IMG/VR virus record: IMGVR_UViG_3300025875_000091
Coordinates: 1-24,357 of that record
Direction: 5' to 3' (one strand)
Length of the DNA stretch: 24,357 nt
Origin: a virus
Taxonomy: Duplodnaviria > Caudoviricetes
The notes beneath the pieces were generated by a model. That model made no database searches and had not been told where the DNA came from. It saw only the letters and a program-made list of their open reading frames with translations. The position numbers and the translations under genes were made by a program. Shown here piece by piece: positions 1-7,978 of this stretch (position 1 is the first letter of the stretch; the number at the start of each line of letters is the position of its first letter).

Positions 1-915
1 CTCGCGAGCCGGGTCGAAGATGCCCGTTTCCGGGTCGTACACGTACGCGAAGTCGCCGACCTTGAAGTTGCCTTCGGTCTCGTACTTCTCGGCGGTGACC
101 TTCAGCGCCTTGCGCTGCCGGTTGAAGCGGTTCAGCGACAGCGCGGCGCGCGCTTCGACGCTGCCGCTCGTCGTGCCGCTCTCGCTGATCATGCGCGTGC
201 GCGTGACCTTGTTCCCGAACATGTCGTAGTACGGGACGGACGGCGCGTCAGCGGAACCGGTCGCGAACGTCCCGTCGTCCTCCGTCTGTCCGAGCAGGAC
301 GACGCGCGTCGAGTAGTCGATCACGTCCGTGCCGACGTCGAACTGCCCGCCGAGCGCGGTCAGATCGAGATCGACGCCCGCGTTCCGGCGCACGACGACG
401 GCGTTCGGCGTGACGTCGTACAACTGCTCCGTCGTCCCGGCGTACAGCTTCGAGTCGCCGCCGATGTACCATTCCGCGCCGAACGCCTGCGTGATCGTGT
501 TCAGCGCGGTGCGCGGCGTCTCGAACTGATGCGTGCCGGTGTAGCTGCCGGGCACGGTGCCGATGAACCCGACTTGCACCGACGGCGGCAGGACAGCGAG
601 CAGCGAGTCACGGAAGTTCTTCGCCTTGATGACGACCGGCGTCTCGAAGACGCTGCCCTTCTCGTCCTCGTCGCCCGCCCACGCCGCCATCCCGACGCCC
701 GCGATCGTCGGCGCGTCCTCGCGACCGCGCTCGCGCAAGATGCCGACGTACCGGGCAGCGGGCAGGATCGAGTCGCCGAGCGACTGCACGTCGACCGGAC
801 CGCGCACGACGGCGATGTGACCGAAATAGTCGAGCGCGTCGACGATCTCGCTCGGCGTGCCTTCACGCAGCTTGACAGACCACGATCCGAGCGCGCCGAG
901 AAGGTCCTTGATCAA
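1..915 (-). CDS. Minor tail protein (hub/Tal-position), 3' end beyond window
   Basis: Absent from the ORF track because it has no stop in the window. Manual translation from TTG at 915 (TTGA overlap with the upstream stop at 912-914) gives MIKDLLGALGSWSVKLREGTPSEIVDALDYFGHIAVVRG... open to position 1. It is the second gene after the tape measure. Confidence 0.75.
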   Translation of the reverse strand, partial: MIKDLLGALGSWSVKLREGTPSEIVDALDYFGHIAVVRGPVDVQSLGDSILPAARYVGILRERGREDAPTIAGVGMAAWAGDEDEKGSVFETPVVIKAKNFRDSLLAVLPPSVQVGFIGTVPGSYTGTHQFETPRTALNTITQAFGAEWYIGGDSKLYAGTTEQLYDVTPNAVVVRRNAGVDLDLTALGGQFDVGTDVIDYSTRVVLLGQTEDDGTFATGSADAPSVPYYDMFGNKVTRTRMISESGTTSGSVEARAALSLNRFNRQRKALKVTAEKYETEGNFKVGDFAYVYDPETGIFDPARE

Positions 916-2081
916 CGCTGCACCACCCTTGTACGGTCGCCGTTCGTGCCGATGTACTGACTGACGAGCGCGGCGAAGTCGCTCTCACTGCCGGTGAAGC
1001 CGACGAAGGCGTCGAGCCGCGTCTGTGCTGCCTTCGCGATGCTGCCCGTCGCCGTGGTCGTGGTGACCGTCTTTGAGCTGCCCATCACGTACACACTACC
1101 CGAAGCGTCGGCAGCGGTCGCACGGAGACCGCCCGTCGCTGCCGTGCTACCTTCGGCGGTGGTGCGCGTGACGCCGAGCGTCGCGGCGGCGTGGCGAGCG
1201 ATGAACAGCGTCGCGAACCGGGCACCACGACGCAGCCCGATGTCGACCTGCGTGCGACCGGGGACGCCGGGGAACGTGAGCCGGATCGTGATCTCTTCCG
1301 GGTCGTTGCGCAGTACGGTGAACTCCGGCTGCGTCGTCAGCGCGGTGCCGTTGACCGTGAAGCGGAACGTCTTCAGCCCGGCGTACTTCGTGCCGTCCCA
1401 CCGCTCGACGTCGATGCCGCCGGACGTCGCCGACTTCGACACGGCGATGACGCCGTTCGCGATCTCCCACGACTCGAACCCGGCGGGCGTGTGCTCGCCG
1501 AGCGCCTTCCGCCCGTCGAGCCGGAGCGTCGCAGCGCCGCGCATGTAGTCGGCAGCGCCGACCGTCCAGCGGGGCGCGACGCCGACCGGCATCGCCGTGA
1601 ACACGGGCACAGCGCCGTCTTCGCTCGCGCGGGTGAAGTACGTCGGCACCGTCGGCCCGGTGAAGTACGACGAGATGCCGACCGGCGCAGCGTGCCAGAA
1701 CGACGGCGCGACGCCTGCGCCGAGTTCAGACGCACGCGCGATCGTGGGAACTCGCGACTCGAACTCGACGTCGGCACCGCTGCCGATGCGCACCGCCTTG
1801 ATCTGCCACGACGCGGTGACGACGTACCCGATCCAGTCGAACAGGTCGCTCGACGCGCCGGTCACGAGGTAGAACCCGTTCCGCTCAGGCTTGCCGGTGA
1901 ACGTGATCGGCACGACGCGACCTTCGAGACCGAGCACGTTCGCGTGAAGCTGAAGCACGTCGCCCCGCGCGAGCGGCGGCGTCGACTCCTGCCCTTCGAG
2001 CGACAGCGACTCGCCGTCTTCCGCGACGTCGAACGTCTCTCGGAAGTCGACGCCGCCGATCGTTACGGTTCCCCACGACAT
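912..2081 (-). CDS. Minor tail protein (distal-tail position)
   Basis: 389 aa, beta/Gly/Thr-rich. First gene after the tape measure, joined by a TGATG overlap. Confidence 0.75.
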   Translation of the reverse strand: MSWGTVTIGGVDFRETFDVAEDGESLSLEGQESTPPLARGDVLQLHANVLGLEGRVVPITFTGKPERNGFYLVTGASSDLFDWIGYVVTASWQIKAVRIGSGADVEFESRVPTIARASELGAGVAPSFWHAAPVGISSYFTGPTVPTYFTRASEDGAVPVFTAMPVGVAPRWTVGAADYMRGAATLRLDGRKALGEHTPAGFESWEIANGVIAVSKSATSGGIDVERWDGTKYAGLKTFRFTVNGTALTTQPEFTVLRNDPEEITIRLTFPGVPGRTQVDIGLRRGARFATLFIARHAAATLGVTRTTAEGSTAATGGLRATAADASGSVYVMGSSKTVTTTTATGSIAKAAQTRLDAFVGFTGSESDFAALVSQYIGTNGDRTRVVQR

Positions 2082-4291
2082 CAGGCGTATTCCCTCTCGA
2101 CCTTGACGAGACCGGCGCGAACCGCTTCCACGAACCTATCCCACTCGACCGGGTTCGAGAAGTCGAACGACCCTTCGATCTGAAGCGTCAGGTTCCCGAT
2201 CGACACGCTGTGCGAGTTGCCCGCGCTCGACACGAGACCGATGCCGTCGCCGTCGACGCCGGGCATCCCGCCCGTGTCGATGACGCCGGTCGGCGTGCTC
2301 GGCATCGCGGCGTCGACCATTCCTTCGGCAGCGTCGGTGACGACGCCGAGATTGTGGTCGATACCGTCGGCGATACCGGCGGGCAGCCAGTGACCGACCT
2401 CGTCAGCGAACAGCTTCGACGGCGAGCCGATTCCGAAGAACGACTTGATGCCGCTCGTGACCGATCCGACGAAGCCGCGAATCTTGCCGAGAATCCAGCC
2501 GGTCACGTTGCTGATGCCGTTCCACAGACCGCGAATCAGATCGCCGCCGACGTTCCACAGCAGCGACCCGGCGTTCGAGAACACGCCGAGAATGGTGCCC
2601 GGCAGGTTCCGCACGATCGAGACGACGAAGCCGATCGCGTTCTGCACCGCGCCACTGATGCCGGACCACACGGAGCGGACGAGGTTCAGCGCGCCATTCC
2701 ACGCGCTCGACAGCCACCCGACGACATTCCCGATCCAGCCCGTCACCGTCGAGTAGATCGACGACACGGCGTTTGCGATCCACGACGTGATCGCGGACCA
2801 CGCGCCGACGATCATGTTCTTGACCCACACGACGCGATCGACGACCCAGTTCCACGCGCCGACGATTCCGGGTACGGCTGTGTTCGTGATCCAATCGACC
2901 GTTGCGCCGATCGCGACCTTGATCGCGTTCCACACTGCGGTGATGATCTGCCGTCCGAGTTCCGTCTGCGTGAAGAACCACACGAGACCGGCGACGAGCG
3001 CCGCGATCGCGATCACGACGAGCGCGATCGGGTTCGCCGACATCGCCGCGTTCAGCGCCCACTGTGCCGCCGTGGCGACGCCCGACGCGGCGGTGCTCGC
3101 GACCATCGCAGCGGTGCGACCGACCCACGCAGCAGCGCCGGTGATCAGCGAACCGTGCTGAATCGCGAACTGCGCGACCATCGCAGCCGACCCGGCGGTC
3201 GCCGCGATCGTCTCGATACCGACAGCGCCAACGGCAGCGCCGACAGCGCCGAGCGGACCCGGCAGTTCCGACGCACCGGTGAGCAGCCCTTCGAGCTGAC
3301 GCTTCATCGACTCGATCTTCGCCGCGCCGGTGCCGCCCGCGACGTCGACCATCGACTGCGTTGCGCCTTCGACCGTGCCGAGCTGATCGGGCAGCGGCGC
3401 GAGACCTGCGAGGATCGCACCGGACGAGTCTTCCCACATCGACCCGAAGAGCTGCGCGCCTGCCGTGTTCTGCGCGACGGGATCGGTGATCCCGTTCAGC
3501 CCGGCGACGATCGTCGAGAACGCTTCCTGCGCCTGCGGACCACCCGCCGCCATCTTCGCCGTCATCTCTTCGGCGTTCAGACCGAGCGTGTCGAACGCGC
3601 CCGCGCTCTCGGCGGAACCGTCGGCGACGCGGATCGTCATCTCTCGGATCGAGTCGGCGAACTGGTCGATCGAGTAACCACCCGCGTCGAGATACGCGAC
3701 GGACATCGACCCGAACTGCTCCATCGACAGACCGGCGTTCGCGAGGTTCGGCGCGTACTCGTTGATGATCTCCAAGAACTCGTTCGCCTTCGGCCCGCCC
3801 TCCTGAAACACGCGGGTCGCGACGTCGGTCGCGTGCTGAAGGGACGGCGCGAGACCCTGCGAGACAGCCGTGTCGAGCGCCGCGACGGACATCGCCGCGT
3901 CGACGTCGAACGTGCTCGCGAGCGTCATAACCTGCCCGGTCATCTTCTCGATCTCGCCGGTTGTCGTGGTGCCGAGACCGCCCATCGACTGACCGACGAC
4001 GCCGATAATGCCGTTCACTTCGTCGAGCGATTCCCCGAAGTTGCCACGGTACAGACGCCCGGCAGACTCGCCGTAGGTCTTCGCGTCCTGCGCGGTGAGA
4101 CCGAGCTGATTCTGAATGTTGGCAACGCCGGTCTCGATGTTCATTCCGTCCGAGATCGACTTACCGATCAGCGCGCCGAGACCGAGACCGGCAGCCCACT
4201 TTGTCAGTCGGCTGCCGATCCCGTCGGTGTCCGCCTGCGTGTTGTCTTCGGCGGTGACTTCGACGAAGGCTTCACCGATCCTGAAGCTCAC
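2081..4291 (-). CDS. Tape measure protein
   Basis: 736 aa, Ala/Gly-rich and helical, with an N-terminal IGEAFVEV motif, the hydrophobic ANPIALVVIAIAALVAGLVW segment, periodic Trp repeats and a C-terminal FGIGSPSK motif. Follows the tail chaperones. Confidence 0.92.
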   Translation of the reverse strand: MSFRIGEAFVEVTAEDNTQADTDGIGSRLTKWAAGLGLGALIGKSISDGMNIETGVANIQNQLGLTAQDAKTYGESAGRLYRGNFGESLDEVNGIIGVVGQSMGGLGTTTTGEIEKMTGQVMTLASTFDVDAAMSVAALDTAVSQGLAPSLQHATDVATRVFQEGGPKANEFLEIINEYAPNLANAGLSMEQFGSMSVAYLDAGGYSIDQFADSIREMTIRVADGSAESAGAFDTLGLNAEEMTAKMAAGGPQAQEAFSTIVAGLNGITDPVAQNTAGAQLFGSMWEDSSGAILAGLAPLPDQLGTVEGATQSMVDVAGGTGAAKIESMKRQLEGLLTGASELPGPLGAVGAAVGAVGIETIAATAGSAAMVAQFAIQHGSLITGAAAWVGRTAAMVASTAASGVATAAQWALNAAMSANPIALVVIAIAALVAGLVWFFTQTELGRQIITAVWNAIKVAIGATVDWITNTAVPGIVGAWNWVVDRVVWVKNMIVGAWSAITSWIANAVSSIYSTVTGWIGNVVGWLSSAWNGALNLVRSVWSGISGAVQNAIGFVVSIVRNLPGTILGVFSNAGSLLWNVGGDLIRGLWNGISNVTGWILGKIRGFVGSVTSGIKSFFGIGSPSKLFADEVGHWLPAGIADGIDHNLGVVTDAAEGMVDAAMPSTPTGVIDTGGMPGVDGDGIGLVSSAGNSHSVSIGNLTLQIEGSFDFSNPVEWDRFVEAVRAGLVKVEREYA

Positions 4292-4297
4292 AGCGGC

Positions 4298-4576
4298 TCA
4301 CCCTTCGTCGAAGTATTGCGACACGCTCGGGTCGTTGTACGTACCTTCGCGAACTGCCTTGCCCTTGTTCTTCTTCGTCTTCTTCGCCTGCTCGGCTTCG
4401 ATCCTCGCTCGCACGATCCCCCGGTAAGCGGGCAACCGGAGCGCGAACCGGAAGAACTTCACAGGCTTCATCTCGTACATGTCGTCGATCCGGTGGAACG
4501 CTGACAGGTCCGACTCGATGTCGTCGAGATGATCGAGCACCCACAGAACTTCTTTCAGCCGACGGAAGTCAGCTTT
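4298..4576 (-). CDS. Tail assembly chaperone C-terminal extension (T-like ORF), probably reached by frameshift
   Basis: The frame of the 4298..4540 ORF (LDHLDDIESDLSAFHRI...FFRFALRLPAYRG) stays open upstream across the chaperone stop: AAA GCT GAC TTC CGT CGG CTG AAA GAA GTT CTG TGG GTG. It sits between chaperone and tape measure. Confidence 0.7.
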   Translation of the reverse strand, partial: KADFRRLKEVLWVLDHLDDIESDLSAFHRIDDMYEMKPVKFFRFALRLPAYRGIVRARIEAEQAKKTKKNKGKAVREGTYNDPSVSQYFDEG

Positions 4577-4874
4577 TGTCAGCCTCCAACGTGCCGAGCG
4601 CGACCTTCTGCGCGGCCTTCACGACGGACTGAAACTGCTCCTTCGTGAGCTTGTCGTAGTCGGTCAGCGCCTCGAAGCCGCGCTCGCCGAGCAACGCTTC
4701 GAGCAGGTACGCGATCGCCGCCGCCTGCCCTTCCTTGCGCGCGAGCCGGAGGTACTTCAGGCTGATGTTCAGGCGCGGCACGGCGGGGATGAAGAACTTC
4801 TCGCCGTCCAGCTCGAACAGTTCGACGACGTCCGTCACGTCCGGCGTGTCGGTCGACTTGATGCTGATGGTCAC
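4569..4874 (-). CDS. Tail assembly chaperone (G-like)
   Basis: 101 aa between major tail and tape measure. SD-like GAAGGGA upstream of the GTG start. Confidence 0.8.
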   Translation of the reverse strand: MTISIKSTDTPDVTDVVELFELDGEKFFIPAVPRLNISLKYLRLARKEGQAAAIAYLLEALLGERGFEALTDYDKLTKEQFQSVVKAAQKVALGTLEADKS

Positions 4875-4909
4875 TGCGGGTTCCCTTCGCGGGTTGTGTG
4901 GGTTGTGGT

Positions 4910-4940
4910 GCTCCGGCTGCCCATCGCGAGCAGCCGGAGC
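4910..4940 (-). terminator. GC-rich hairpin after major tail gene (terminator/attenuator or mRNA stabiliser)
   Basis: Perfect 11-bp inverted repeat gctccggctgc...gcagccggagc, 8 nt after the stop. No U-tract. Confidence 0.55.
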
Positions 4941-4948
4941 GGGGAGGA

Positions 4949-5503
4949 TCAGGCGGGCAGCGCGTTGATGACGCGGAACGGGCGGACCGTCTTCGAGACG
5001 TAGTGCCCGCGCAGCGTCACCGTGAACACCTGCTGATCCTCCTTCTCGTACGCGAACTCCGTGCCCTCGACGGACAGCAGCTTGCGACCGATGAAGCGGC
5101 GCGGCAGACCGCCCTCACCGGGACCGTCGAGCATGATCGCCATGTAGTCGGGACGGGTCGCGCTGTTGACGTCGGCAGGCTCGAACTCGCCGTCGGCGAG
5201 CGTCCCGCCGTTCAGCGACAGCTTCAGGTTCGCGAGCGTCGCTTCGGCCATGTTCGTCTCGATGGTGAAGCCACGCTTCACGAGACGCGACTCCGGCGTG
5301 TCGACGAGCTGGTCGACCTCCATCTCGCTGTACTCCTGCTCGATGGAGACGGTCACACCGTCGGTGGTGCCGCCGATGTCGACCCACACGGGATCGGGCG
5401 CGACCGTCGCAGCGGTCGGACCCTTCACCGGCTCGATCGAGCCGAACGGCGCGACACGCGCGATCGCCGGACCCTGCAACAGATTGATGGTGGTGACGGC
5501 CAT
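4949..5503 (-). CDS. Major tail (tube) protein
   Basis: 184 aa with WVDIGGTTDGVTV...EVDQ...ETNMAEATLANL motifs typical of actinophage tail tubes. GGAGGG SD. Directly before the chaperone. Confidence 0.88.
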   Translation of the reverse strand: MAVTTINLLQGPAIARVAPFGSIEPVKGPTAATVAPDPVWVDIGGTTDGVTVSIEQEYSEMEVDQLVDTPESRLVKRGFTIETNMAEATLANLKLSLNGGTLADGEFEPADVNSATRPDYMAIMLDGPGEGGLPRRFIGRKLLSVEGTEFAYEKEDQQVFTVTLRGHYVSKTVRPFRVINALPA

Positions 5504-5507
5504 CGCG

Positions 5508-5765
5508 TCAGCCCTCCGTGTTCTCGTCGGTCATGTCGTGACGGGTCGCCGGGTCGGCGACCTGCGGTACGTAGTCGACGCCCGCGCCGTCCGGCTTCGC
5601 CGGGTGCGGGCGCTCGGCGCTCGCGTCCGACGCGGCCTTGATCAGACCGTCGGGCGTCGTGGCGCGCGTGTCGAGCAGCAGACCGGACGCCTTCAGGTCG
5701 GCGTACTCCGACTCGTCGACGTCGATCTCGTTCAGCGGGTTCATGGTGGTGCGGACCTTCGGCAC
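5508..5765 (-). CDS. Hypothetical protein (85 aa)
   Basis: GTG at 5765 with GAAGGGA SD. Begins MPKVRTTMNPLNEIDVDESEYADLK and fills the gap between neighbours. Confidence 0.65.
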   Translation of the reverse strand: MPKVRTTMNPLNEIDVDESEYADLKASGLLLDTRATTPDGLIKAASDASAERPHPAKPDGAGVDYVPQVADPATRHDMTDENTEG

Positions 5766-5787
5766 AGCGATTCCCTTCGTCGTCCGT

Positions 5788-6063
5788 CTACCGGTGCCGG
5801 TACAGCGCCGGAGCAAGGAACGGTTGAGCCGGAGCGCGCGACGTACCGCGCTCGACGAACTCGCTGTAGTCGACGGCTGCGCCGATCTCGCGCTTGCCGG
5901 GCGACACGTCGGTGCGGATCGAGCGCACCATGTCGCCGGTGTCGACGGGCGCGAGACGCTTCGCGAACGTCTCGACGTCGGCTGCGATCTCGTCGAGCGC
6001 GTCTTCGGTCAAGGCTTCGATGCGGGCGACCGCGTTGCGGTCTCGCCGGAATCCACTAGCCAC
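5788..6063 (-). CDS. HK97 gp10-like neck/tail-completion protein
   Basis: Family motifs APVDTG.MVRSI, YSEFVERGT and AQPFLAPAL. Confidence 0.85.
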   Translation of the reverse strand: MASGFRRDRNAVARIEALTEDALDEIAADVETFAKRLAPVDTGDMVRSIRTDVSPGKREIGAAVDYSEFVERGTSRAPAQPFLAPALYRHR

Positions 6064-6125
6064 TGACCTCGCCCCTAACGGCTCGGGAACTGCACGCGCG
6101 CTCGACGGTCTACCCGTCGCTGATC

Positions 6126-6133
6126 ACTGTACA
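6126..6133 (-). promoter_or_regulatory. Putative -10 element (TG-TACAGT) for the gp10-like/major tail genes
   Basis: TAnnnT hexamer in intergenic DNA with the same TGTACAGTG core as at 19094-19102. Followed by a small hairpin cgacgg-N5-ccgtcg (6103-6119). Confidence 0.5.
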
Positions 6134-6180
6134 GCATCGCGGGCCGACGGAGCGGGGCGGCGAACCGCCGTCGGCTCGTC

Positions 6181-6304
6181 TGGAACTTTGTCCGTTTCGG
6201 CCTACCCTATGCCCGCCGTACGTCGTTCTCTTCTTAGAGTTGATCTTGAAAGAGAACACTCGTCGTGGGACGGCATAGGGTGGTCTGAAACGGACAAAGT
6301 TCCA
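6181..6304. repeat. Inverted-arm element, copy A (intergenic)
   Basis: Left arm tggaactttgtccgtttcggcctacccta (6181-6209) and right arm tagggtggtctgaaacggacaaagttcca (6276-6304), around a 66-bp core with an AT-rich centre. Both arms recur exactly at 22172-22200 and 22265-22293. Confidence 0.95.
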
Positions 6305-6309
6305 CGCCG

Positions 6310-6768
6310 TCAGTACGTGGCGACCGGCGTCCAGTTCAGTTCGAGATCGACGTCGTACCGCGCGAAGCCGCTCGGGTCGGGCACGCGGACGGGTTCGCTC
6401 ACCGGCCACACGCCGAGCACGAGCGCGGGCGCGTAGCTGCCCGTCGCGATGTTCACCTGCCGCGCCCACGCGCCGTGTCCGTCCGGTCCGTACGTCGCGC
6501 TGACGATCGTCTCGGCGAGTACGTTCGCCTCACCGAAGCGCGGCTTCTTCCCGCCCGCCGTCCAGCAGGAGACGCGCACCACGGGCCGACGAACAGGCAC
6601 GTAGACCTTCGGCGTCCCGCCCACGGTGAGCACCTGCACGAAGCCGTTCGGCCACTTCGTCACGTCGTCCGGCAGGGTCGTACCGATCTGCTCGCGCGGC
6701 AGCTTCTCGACGCCCTTCAGCCACGCGATCGCGACGAGTTCGGACGTCGGGCGGTTCGGCTCGCTCAC
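6310..6768 (-). CDS. Tail terminator protein
   Basis: 152 aa: ELVAIAWL...FVQVLTVGG...RPVVRVSCW...PVRVPDPSGFARY, resembling actinophage tail terminators. GTGA overlap with the upstream gene. Confidence 0.75.
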   Translation of the reverse strand: MSEPNRPTSELVAIAWLKGVEKLPREQIGTTLPDDVTKWPNGFVQVLTVGGTPKVYVPVRRPVVRVSCWTAGGKKPRFGEANVLAETIVSATYGPDGHGAWARQVNIATGSYAPALVLGVWPVSEPVRVPDPSGFARYDVDLELNWTPVATY

Positions 6769-7091
6769 TTCGTGACCCTCTTCAGCTCGACGATGCGGTC
6801 GCCGTGCATCACGCTCGCGCCCGGCTGCATCGGCACGTCGTCGACGGTGTACTCGTCGCCGGTCTGCTCGTTGATGACGCGGTCGCCCTGCTCGGCGTCG
6901 GTGCCGGGACGGAACCGCCCCGTGATCACGCGAACGATCATCATGTTGCCGCCGTCGCTGCGCATCCTGCTGCGCTCGGACAGCGCGCCCGGCACGCGCT
7001 CGATCACCTTCAGCGGCGCGTCGACCTCGTCGCCGAAGCTGTTCGTGCGACTGCCGCGCTCGAAGCGGTACGTACCGTCAGCGATGAACAT
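6765..7091 (-). CDS. Head-to-tail stopper (SPP1 gp16-like)
   Basis: 108 aa from ATG 7091 (TGATG overlap). Beta-rich with GDRVI...YTVD pattern. Follows the adaptor. Confidence 0.7.
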   Translation of the reverse strand: MFIADGTYRFERGSRTNSFGDEVDAPLKVIERVPGALSERSRMRSDGGNMMIVRVITGRFRPGTDAEQGDRVINEQTGDEYTVDDVPMQPGASVMHGDRIVELKRVTK

Positions 7092-7825
7092 CAGATGCGC
7101 CGTCCCCACGGGTGCGCGTCGGACACGACCGGGTCGACGATGCGCGGGCGCACCGTGCCGACGCTCACCGTCCGGTTGTTCGACCACGTCGCCCGACGCA
7201 GCGCGGCCTTCGCGAGCGGCGCGAGGATGAACGTCAGCTCGTCACGGGCGCTCGTCGAGCTGCCTTCCTGCGACAGCGACGTGACGTCGTGCCGGTCGAA
7301 CGTGTCGAACTGATCGCGCAGCCACGCCGCCTGATAGGCTGTCGCGAGCTTCAGCATCCGGCGGTTGCGCCGGTTCAGCTTCGTGATGTCGAGATCGGCA
7401 GCGCCGGTCACGGCGTCGATCGACGCGGCGGCGCGCTCGATGTCGTCGATGTCGACGACCTTGCCCGTCAGCGTCAGGACGTCCTGCGGCGTCGCCCACG
7501 ACGTACCGATCGAGAGAGAAGGCGACTTGACGTCGAACGTCAGCAGCGCGGCGCGCTCGCGCCTGCCGTCCGCGACGAGCACGACCTGAAGCGAGTAGCG
7601 CCCGGCGGTCAGGAACAGCGACCGATCCGTCGGCCACTCGAACGACACGGTCTCGTGCGTCATCGTGACGGCGACGCCCGTCGTGTCGATCGGCGCGCCC
7701 GCCGCGTCGTGCAGTTCGATGACGGCGTCGGTGTACGTCGACAGGTCGACAGCCTCGCCGTCGCGCGTGATCGTGACGTCGACGCCTTCCGTCGGCGTGT
7801 CGCCGACCCAATACGGACCGAGCAT
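7091..7825 (-). CDS. Head-to-tail adaptor with extra N-terminal Ig-like (BppU-N-like) domain
   Basis: The C-terminal ~140 aa (WATPQDV...RAAASID...LKLATAYQAAWL...LAPLAKAAL) match the gp6/gp15-type adaptor pattern. The N-terminal ~100 aa (VGDT...VDLS...VSFEW...AGRYSLQV) look like a beta-sandwich. AAGGAG SD. Confidence 0.7.
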   Translation of the reverse strand: MLGPYWVGDTPTEGVDVTITRDGEAVDLSTYTDAVIELHDAAGAPIDTTGVAVTMTHETVSFEWPTDRSLFLTAGRYSLQVVLVADGRRERAALLTFDVKSPSLSIGTSWATPQDVLTLTGKVVDIDDIERAAASIDAVTGAADLDITKLNRRNRRMLKLATAYQAAWLRDQFDTFDRHDVTSLSQEGSSTSARDELTFILAPLAKAALRRATWSNNRTVSVGTVRPRIVDPVVSDAHPWGRRI

Positions 7826-7854
7826 CGTCGTGTCTCCTTCAGTCGTCGATCATC

Positions 7855-7860
7855 AGGATA
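7855..7860 (-). promoter_or_regulatory. Putative -10 element TATCCT upstream of the adaptor gene
   Basis: TAnnnT hexamer in a 153-bp intergenic gap, ~30 nt before the ATG and upstream of the SD. Confidence 0.4.
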
Positions 7861-7978
7861 CCGCACGGGCCGACGGGCGTCTGACCTGCACGTTCGCCAC
7901 CATCTGCCCTGTGCCGCCCGATCTCGGGTCGGCCTATGTCCCTGTATCCCCGGAACCGGCACAGCGCCATACAGCGGG

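Noticed and set aside
6181-6304. CRISPR mini-array or IS/MITE
   Set aside because: The arms are inverted, not direct repeats. No cas gene, transposase or target-site duplication. The cores diverge while the ends are identical.
6110-6309. ORFs crossing element A (6110..6469 -, 5894..6436 +), which share peptides with the primase tail
   Set aside because: The peptide similarity only reflects the DNA repeat. No SD or codon support, and they overlap real genes.
7839-7970. 43-aa minus-strand ORF (MALCRFRGY...) in the intergenic gap
   Set aside because: No SD, atypical codons (AGG, ATA, CGA) and it overlaps a putative promoter.
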